64,000 nucleotides of DNA from Patescibacteria group bacterium. Its GTDB lineage: Bacteria > Patescibacteriota > Minisyncoccia > Phycocordibacterales > UBA918. Shown in pieces: positions 59,601-64,000 of the stretch. The stretch spans positions 1,035 to 65,034 of the forward strand of contig JAIELQ010000014.1 in NCBI GenBank assembly GCA_019752815.1, read 5' to 3'. The position numbers were made by a program, and so were the translations under genes. A model generated the notes under the pieces. It worked only from the letters and a program-made list of their open reading frames with translations, was not told the DNA's origin and did no database searches. Position 1 is the stretch's first letter. The number at the start of each line of letters is the position of its first letter.

Positions 59601-60247
59601 AACAAATATTCGGTTCAGTATCGAGTGTTCAGCACTTCCGTAATAATCGTGGTGGTGGTGGCAGTAGTGCTAGTGCTGGCGGTAACGCGCCAGCTGGAGC
59701 AGGGAACGTGGGTGGTGGTGGCAGTACGGGTGGAGAAAATATTGGCAATGATCCAGATTTCTTCTCACCAAGTAGTAATAGTGGATCGTGGTCAAGTGGC
59801 GCCAATGCCTATGACGGTGTTGACGGCACGTATGCCACAACGAGTGCCGCCTACAATCATAGTTACAGTAATCATGGTTTTGGTATCCCAGGCACCAACG
59901 TGATTAGTGGAATTATTGTGAAGTTAGAGTTATCTGGTTCAACTGCGGCTGGAACAGTTAATGTGCAATTGTCATGGGATGGAGGTAATACCTGGACTAC
60001 TGCCAAGACCAGTCCAACCCTCACGACTGCTGATGCGGTCAGAACCTTTGGTTCTCCGAGTGATCTCTGGGGTCGTGCGTGGAGTGCGAGTGAATTTACC
60101 AACCCTAACTTTGCGGTGCGCATTGCCGGTAATCCAAGTAGTAATACCGTGAGGCTCGACGCGATACAGGTTCGGGTATACCACACCGCCGGTGGTGGTG
60201 GGGCCGGAGGAGGAGGTGGAGCAGGTGGTGGCGGGGGAGGAATCTAA
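50699..60247 (+). CDS. Giant multi-domain adhesin, C-terminal 3182 aa: BNR-like propellers, L-x-x-PWD propellers, DUF2341-like, LamG, duplicated jelly-roll domain
   Basis: VTYGNGRFVAVG repeats; LSVPWD repeats; DIRV..EIPRE..KIWYNG; GQVDEVRIAS..RSAAWLKAEY. Confidence 0.8.
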   Translation: MYSNDGITWATSSAAGNNDSWISVTYGNGHYVGVGNSGDRVMYSNDGITWATTTASGDNDSWNSITYINGRFTVVGSGPGTNRVMYANAFNILEQTAFRFRADDGSEIAASYRGGQNQNLTTPTSTAFRLRAQVASTIDQNLLGGFKLQYRETTDDSWFDVGVDQGAPSIVAATSSRTAGDVLSRTVALPTCTAGNLLLAVVSYDGVGSATTTLSQGWTKFAERSNALVVSSVLFWKYSTGNDTLTVQTPVSEESSHVVYCIANAGAPSASGADSSGTGSNPPLHRAGPTRQHLWIVVRSGDAQIQATAAPTGYTAPIVITANTLTGASTYTAFSMFLSSTTDPGTFTNAVEEWVAWTIAVPPRHTPVVGTAGMMTHATATGANNTQYGSIAWTNPNNARSSDNARATLTVSSTTASNNLTVSSLGFAIPAGATILGIEAEVEKTQTGGAAGNVRDNSIRLLKNGTTTGIANLAQTATNWLLTTDYLITYGSTTELWGTTWTPADINNSGFGLAIAVQGAAVGANRVANIDNVIIRVHYRLPGSIALASSTFIASGAPSTTAQLLTPGTIAATSTGFSAGRVTDDVAVLNQLSVVTSRYTELEWTLVATGTATTGSQYLLRVVSENGDPLQAYKTTPFVRISNATTTGVINISGRVLGPTGSATIPAGVPIVAAVGQLNPVLYATTTSATGAYTFSIATGTTPGASWDGVSAVGNNDIWQSVTYGNGLFVAVGSTSVDNVMISTDGIAWATTSAVGNNDSWESVTYGNGRFVAVGDAGDRVMYSDEGIVWNTTSVAGNNDSWRSVTYGNGRFVAVGSAGDRVMYSDDGISWTVVTALGNNDFWQSVTYGNGRFVAVGDYLQPGDGVMYSDDGISWTVVSAAGSDDTWRSVTYGNGRFVAVGEGGDTRVMYSTDGISWTTASALGNNDTWTSITYGNGRFVAVGVGDVVSEQAMYSTDGISWTVASAPAGANTWRSVTYGNGRFVAVSASGQPVMLSDAGIGDTTPAVVYTNNATTSAAGFMMGLSGTTSQSNVVLYQNDVTVLNATTSATSSITKLDDMTFFDSSFDSNVGYSASRDGTLTFTDDLRVATGTAQFLGRDFRVEQEVEIQGVLDLFGTASNTINSLVVATSGRLVGTRNGLIVGSYNNNGTVVTNGATTTFVGLTGYNTQYPVFQTSTTTESVGSTMNGIAMSEDGTKFFYTNFDQVKEVTLSVPYDLRTGSITHTVDLENGFYITTESLHVVQDGRKMYVSGWQNDTIKEYTLSVPWNLSTATFTASTSLGANNFPHSVFVSDDGQHLYSTVRSPERIRQYRFAVPYDITSLVFVASTSNNERIASNAIWASPDGEFLIQAGAQGSINRLRMTTPWDITSLVTDNSGNSVLTELITDNNRDVEGFWFDRTGTKMVAITADRIAALYTLGADIGGNLTGSSSLGSVVFDGGKSTFVSSASTTNLHVNPNAILVAPTTTLSIAGNYLNTGEFDHASFNGTVVLSGTSSSITGSTTGTSSLNNLVVTGNYSFAGAGTTSVRNMTVVPGATLNFVANSGLEVAENYTNNGTTTLPTTRIVATGRGFDLSQAPLGNEYSVGAQTFEPRGIEFSATGSLMYITETSSNQILAYRLGIPWEVSTASYLYATSVGAVSSNVTSIRFKPDGMRLFVTNYDNDFIAEYALSVPWDIRTTSFLATTSSAFNITSIDFSRDGTRFYVHGIQNNGVTKQYTLGVPWDLSTQTYTDGYYSTPAFTLASTISADGTSFFQKVGSAIRQYRLLVPHDFNTVQIVGDFDLSPFMDHNGVEEMTFDNDGTRMYLTSNFTDSVFQFNLIDSQTFGGTMTGTSSLANFRASSTLPLTFAATASTSDFTIVPGAVVYAPTSTLIVSGNFTNAGTFIPRAGTTTLSGTARTITGNITSLDSVTNSPDYGLANITGTYTYIGNGTTSALTINSGASLTAPSNGRLMIAHDFINRGTYTNNGATTTLGGNLRSAATGTNALGNTVIDARSQGQNWQALTPAGNNDAWMDVTYGEGRFVAVSQFSGDKVMYSDDGVSWTASAGTAGDWNAVTYGNGRFVAVGFAGSNRVMYSDDGITWNAVSVFGDNDSWVSITYGNGRFVAGASSGDNRVMYSDDGISWNAVSVFGNNDEWNAVTYGNGRFVAVGADCGSSPSMMYSADGINWASSTIGICKVYGVTYGNGRFVAVGAFSGTPIQYSEDGVTWTPTTISSGNWYDVTYGNGRFVAVGNFAAGDGLAYSSDGVNWATSSVAGNDEWWQGIAYGNGRFVAVAEDGTNRAMVALPQTIFNQNASTTNLTITGSSTLNASGTTVSVAGNYQNLGTLTASTSTFVFNGTGPQVASGTMSASSSFRNLTLSNTSGNGTTSRSITFGAPLSVTGTSTITASTSVAFQAGATSTFSQVSWQGTAGSPVWLRSTATGTPWNLTITGNKTVDYVNVRDSNATSTVGGITPTNSTNAGNNTNWIFGGGPVAQVWNATDWTLFDTITIQEENIDATLTDFPVYVNLADLSSTFWSTTPAGAALVGTDIRVTTADNIEIPRELVFASSTLDTGELHFRAPQILSTTDTTFKIWYNGTTTGDYARTATYGTENVWTNDYVAVLHLNEVGNSTANGYLDSTTNGFDGTGISMTATSSVTGKLGVAQDLDGVSDYIDLVGSVTLGSSTISTWVNVASADLQPCDGLVFSRGTNVSGINVGNCSDGLNVGYHWNDAQFGWATGSPVVTNRWSYIALAVGADRATTFSNGTSTTNVATHATSTFDDIRIGEDEFNDRRFNGQVDEVRIASTTRSAAWLKAEYTNQSTTTNFYTVNLSGVVGSSTISNSVAGQVGNAFTSQNVTDGTLYSFRVVPNSGTADATEVRIDVTGLQNVNPENFSNMRIAWDFNENGTFDVEDFVIVDSGLFTANGQNGSIAFDDNNVTFGGSNTLTGPINLLIIANWTAPQNGSFMTLRLNPSGLTLVDGNGVQQIFGSVSSVQHFRNNRGGGGSSASAGGNAPAGAGNVGGGGSTGGENIGNDPDFFSPSSNSGSWSSGANAYDGVDGTYATTSAAYNHSYSNHGFGIPGTNVISGIIVKLELSGSTAAGTVNVQLSWDGGNTWTTAKTSPTLTTADAVRTFGSPSDLWGRAWSASEFTNPNFAVRIAGNPSSNTVRLDAIQVRVYHTAGGGGAGGGGGAGGGGGGI

Positions 60248-60337
60248 GATATGTGATATCCCCAGACCATACGTACAACGTAAAATTATTACTAAAAAGG
60301 TTGCTAAAATAATAATAAATAAATTAATAAAAAATAT

Positions 60338-61027
60338 ATGAAGTCAACATTAACTCTTACCGTAACAATCAAGCAGGCGTTTGTTACCGCACTTATCGCT
60401 ATGGTTATCAGCGCAGTTTCATTTGGTATACTAGAGCCAGCGCTTGGGCACGCCCAAACTGATGAATTTCTTGTCACCCAAACGATCACAAGTGAAATTT
60501 CATTTGTTGCCTCTACATCGGATGTGGTAATGACACCCAACCTTCAGTCTCTCACCGGAGGAACTAGTCTTGGTACTACGACAGTGGTGATTCGTACCAA
60601 CGACAATGACGGATATAACTTGACGATTCATTTCTCGAGTACTACAGCTATGGCTAGAAATGGCGGTGGTGGCGTAATCAATAACTATGTCGCGACAGCA
60701 ACACCTGACTTTGCGTATAATACCGGACAAGTGTTTGGTCAGCTAGCCTACCGGGTTACTGGTGCACAGGCGGCTGATGTTGACCCGACCTTCCGAGACA
60801 ATGGTGCCGCGTGTGGTACTGGAGGCGGTAACACCTACGGCGCTTGCTGGATGGGTCCGGAAACAGCCGGTAATGCCGAAATGATTATTAACCGGGCCTC
60901 TTCGACACCTGGTGGCGGATCAACTACAACATTAAACTTTAGAGTGACTATTCCAGCTAACCCAAACCCAACTATTCCTGACGGAGTGTACGTAGCTACT
61001 TCTACATTGACTGCCGTTACCAACTAA
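60338..61027 (+). CDS. Secreted WxL-like/pilin-like subunit
   Basis: Signal peptide; TNDNDGYNLTI; C-terminal GVYVATSTLTA strand. Confidence 0.6.
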   Translation: MKSTLTLTVTIKQAFVTALIAMVISAVSFGILEPALGHAQTDEFLVTQTITSEISFVASTSDVVMTPNLQSLTGGTSLGTTTVVIRTNDNDGYNLTIHFSSTTAMARNGGGGVINNYVATATPDFAYNTGQVFGQLAYRVTGAQAADVDPTFRDNGAACGTGGGNTYGACWMGPETAGNAEMIINRASSTPGGGSTTTLNFRVTIPANPNPTIPDGVYVATSTLTAVTN

Positions 61028-61051
61028 CGTACACTGGCACTAACATAGGTT

Positions 61052-62098
61052 ATGTCCAGTCTCACCTTCAGACTCCAGTTCGTCACGTTTGCGCTATTTG
61101 CAATGTTACTGATGCCAGGAATCATTCTTGCGCAAACTGCTACTACTACACCAACTGCTTCTACCACTCCTGTTGCTGCACCAGTACCTGATACGGTACT
61201 ACCTGATACATATCGCATTGAACAATTGTTTGGTGACGAGGTGGTAGGTGACTTTGTGGTAGGACCAGGCAAGGTGGAATTACAAATAGCGCCTGGACAG
61301 AGTAAAACGGTAACAATTAGTGTATCCAATCGTACCGGAGCAGCCAAGCTCTTTAAGCTAGAAATGGAAGATGCGGCTGGCTCACAAGATCCCAACACAC
61401 CGATTGTTCTCCTTGGTGAACAAACGGGACCATATACGATGAAAGATTTCATTAGGGTAGCTGATGATTCTTTTATCATTGAGCACAACAAGCGTGTGCA
61501 GATTCCCGTAACGATTACACTGCCTGTTAATGCTGAGCCGGGAGGACTGTATGGGAGCCTCTTGGTAACTACTAGTTCGCTCACTCCAGAAACTGAATCT
61601 GGTGCGCCTCGTTCAGCGATTGTCAGTCGAATTGGTACATTGTTTTTTATCACCGTACCAGGTGCTGTTGAACGAAGTGGAGAAATGATTGATTTTTCAA
61701 CTGTCCCTGAGAAAAAGTTTTACACAAAAGGACCAGTCACCATGGGTGTTTTATTTGAGAACACTGGTTCAATGCATCTCAATCCCTACGGTTCGATAAC
61801 AGTCAAAAATACCTTTGGTGAAGAAGTTGGTTTCGTTGAAATTGAACCGTGGTTTGTGATGCCTAAGTCATTGCGTTTGCGTGAGATAACCTGGGACAGA
61901 GAGTTATTGTTTGGGCGCTACGCCATTACTGCTGAAATTAATCGGGGGTATGATGATGTGGTTGATACCAAAGTTATGTATATTTGGGTCTTACCATGGC
62001 CAGTTATGTTGGGGTTGTTTACAACGGTGTTCCTTATGTTTATCTTTATTAAATTCATTGCCAGTCGATTTGAATTCAAGCGTAAATCAGTACGCTAA
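61052..62098 (+). CDS. DUF916/DUF3324-like (WxL-interacting) membrane-anchored protein
   Basis: P.KVEL.IAPG, AEPGGLYG, FENTGSMHLNPYG, GRY, WVLPW plus C-terminal TM and basic tail. Confidence 0.7.
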   Translation: MSSLTFRLQFVTFALFAMLLMPGIILAQTATTTPTASTTPVAAPVPDTVLPDTYRIEQLFGDEVVGDFVVGPGKVELQIAPGQSKTVTISVSNRTGAAKLFKLEMEDAAGSQDPNTPIVLLGEQTGPYTMKDFIRVADDSFIIEHNKRVQIPVTITLPVNAEPGGLYGSLLVTTSSLTPETESGAPRSAIVSRIGTLFFITVPGAVERSGEMIDFSTVPEKKFYTKGPVTMGVLFENTGSMHLNPYGSITVKNTFGEEVGFVEIEPWFVMPKSLRLREITWDRELLFGRYAITAEINRGYDDVVDTKVMYIWVLPWPVMLGLFTTVFLMFIFIKFIASRFEFKRKSVR

Positions 62099-62101
62099 AC
62101 T

Positions 62102-62866
62102 ATGGTCCAGATAGTCACCCGTTCTTTCTTGTATGCGGTAAGTACCACTCTTTTAGTGGTTCTTTTGCTTGATGTGGGGAGTGCGCAGGTGATGGAAAGT
62201 AATAATTATAAAATGCAAAGTGACAGCCTCAATGCTGGTGGGGGACTGTCTAACTCAGAGTCCTTTAAAATGGAGGATACAGTCGGTGAGATTGCTACCG
62301 GTAATAGCACGAGCACCAGTTTTAATCTCAGAGCCGGCTATCAGCAAATGCAGGAAGTGTTTCTGGGTCTATCGGCGATTCCAGATGCTATTTTGTCACC
62401 AAATCTCGGAGGAGTGACAGGAGGTACTTCAACTGGGTCGACAACGTTTGTGGTAACTACTGATAGTCCGTCAGGATATACAGCGACGATTGAGGGTTCA
62501 AATAGTCCTGCAATGCGCAGTGGTAGTAATTCAATTGCAGATTATGTCCCAGTAGGCGGTGTGCCCGATTTTGCCCTGATTACTGATTCAAACGAAGCTC
62601 ATTTGGCCTATAGTCCTGAAGGGACTGATATTGCTGTGCGATTTCAAGATGCGGGTAGTGTCTGTGGTGTCGCCGGTAGCGATACACCCAATCGGTGTTA
62701 TCAAGGATTATCCACGACCCCGGTGGAGATAGTGCGGCGTACGACCCCTAATCATCCTGCTGGTTCCACTACTACCATTAAGTTTAGTGTTGGTATTGGT
62801 GGTACTATAGATGTACCCGAGGGTGTGTATGTAGCGACGACCACCATCACGGCGTTGCCATTATGA
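62102..62866 (+). CDS. Second secreted WxL-like/pilin-like subunit
   Basis: Signal; MESNNYKMQSDSLNAGGG; TDSPSGY; GVYVATTTITA; paralogous to 60338. Confidence 0.6.
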   Translation: MVQIVTRSFLYAVSTTLLVVLLLDVGSAQVMESNNYKMQSDSLNAGGGLSNSESFKMEDTVGEIATGNSTSTSFNLRAGYQQMQEVFLGLSAIPDAILSPNLGGVTGGTSTGSTTFVVTTDSPSGYTATIEGSNSPAMRSGSNSIADYVPVGGVPDFALITDSNEAHLAYSPEGTDIAVRFQDAGSVCGVAGSDTPNRCYQGLSTTPVEIVRRTTPNHPAGSTTTIKFSVGIGGTIDVPEGVYVATTTITALPL

Positions 62867-64000
62867 TGACACTCCAAAAATTTTGCTATGGGCTTTTGGT
62901 ACTAACGCTCTTTACACCTGGCGCACTGTTTGCAGTTGGTGATGATATTACCATTTCACAACAAATTGGAATTGATACTGCGCCACCGACTACCCCAATT
63001 TTACAAACCGTGGTTCCGGTTGCTACAACCCAAATTGATGTGACTTGGTCAGCCTCGACTGACGATATTGCAGTAGCAGGGTATCGGTTATTCCGCGGAG
63101 GAGTACAAATCGCAACCACCACGCTATTGTCCTATAGTGATACCGGACTTACACCTAGTACGACGTATCAGTATACCGTTGATGCGTTTGATACTTCTTT
63201 TAACTTTTCCTCCACATCACCGCAAGTCTCAACCACTACCTTAAATATAGTCGTCACGCCAACCCCTTCAAGTACAGGAACTACGAGTGGCTCTTCTGGT
63301 ACTCGGACGGCACCAAATGTCGTATCTTTTCAAATTACCACCACTGAACGAAGTGCATTTTTTACTTGGGAAACAAGTAATCCTACCCAGTATGTCATCG
63401 CCTGGGGGCGTACGACCGCCTATGAATTAGGGTCAGTATCAGGTAGTACATACAAACAAAATCACACTACGGTAATTGATGCGCTTGAGCCGGGTACTCG
63501 GTACTATTATGAGTTACGAGCAATCAATGTCCGTGGCATAACTACTGTTCTGTCAGCTGACAGCTTTACTACTAAAAGCGCGGTGACTACAGGTACACTG
63601 CCAAACGTACAGGGCTTTATCGCCCAAGCGCGAGACACTGACGTTGTCTTGTCCTGGAGGAATGTCTTTTCAAATCCTGACTATTATGTTCGGATTGTGC
63701 GAAGCCATTTCTTTTACCCCAGCAACATTCAAGGTGGGGCAGTAGTGTATGAAGGTAAGGGAGAGTCTTTTACCGATCGTGACGCACTGGCGTTGCGCTC
63801 GCCCCAGTATTACACGATTTTTGTACGTAATACCTCGGGTGACGTCTCGTCGGGTGCAATTGCCCGAGCGTTCAAAATGATTGAGGGAGGGAATGGTCAG
63901 CCCACTGGTACGCAGTCAACGAATACTCAAGCAACGAGCACTATTCCCGCTGATATTGGTGACGATACCATTTTGCGGGCTATCGACATCACTATTGTGC
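62863..64000 (+). CDS. Secreted fibronectin type III domain protein (partial, runs off the window)
   Basis: Not in the ORF track. ATGA overlap with the upstream stop; DTAPPTTP..WSASTD..GYRLFR..YSDTGLTPSTTYQYTV; second FN3 LEPGTRYYY. Confidence 0.8.
   Translation, partial: MMTLQKFCYGLLVLTLFTPGALFAVGDDITISQQIGIDTAPPTTPILQTVVPVATTQIDVTWSASTDDIAVAGYRLFRGGVQIATTTLLSYSDTGLTPSTTYQYTVDAFDTSFNFSSTSPQVSTTTLNIVVTPTPSSTGTTSGSSGTRTAPNVVSFQITTTERSAFFTWETSNPTQYVIAWGRTTAYELGSVSGSTYKQNHTTVIDALEPGTRYYYELRAINVRGITTVLSADSFTTKSAVTTGTLPNVQGFIAQARDTDVVLSWRNVFSNPDYYVRIVRSHFFYPSNIQGGAVVYEGKGESFTDRDALALRSPQYYTIFVRNTSGDVSSGAIARAFKMIEGGNGQPTGTQSTNTQATSTIPADIGDDTILRAIDITIV

Overview
This 64 kb window looks like a Patescibacteria/CPR (Parcubacteria-like) chromosome; the assignment is inferred from gene content, and the standard genetic code is used. 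0.4-10 kb holds murC, a SAM-I riboswitch leading into metK, rsmI, a DUF4015 hydrolase, an L,D-transpeptidase/DD-carboxypeptidase fusion and a TraD/VirD4-like ATPase. 10-32 kb is a glycan locus: a gmhA-hddA-gmhB-hddC heptose pathway, several glycosyltransferases including a GT-D fold, four methyltransferases, a Wzx flippase, yvcK, a degenerate GT4 and sulfotransferase, and an O-antigen-ligase/TPR protein. 32-39 kb holds murB, a 53-aa histone-H1-like gene absent from the ORF track, secA, obgE and gatB. 39-64 kb is a co-oriented surface-structure locus: two membrane-anchored HTH proteins, a 3014-aa fibre-like protein, a ~3440-aa multi-propeller adhesin split by a frameshift, two WxL/pilin-like proteins, a DUF916/DUF3324-like anchor and an FN3 protein. 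Non-coding signals include three copies of a ~125-bp palindromic element, a ~350-nt structured secA-obgE spacer, repeated leaderless-type promoters, and a pervasive [A/G/S]-[T/S]-[S/T]-T motif in exported proteins. No CRISPR array, rRNA, tRNA, transposase or reverse transcriptase was seen. All family calls come from motif recognition by eye, not database searches.
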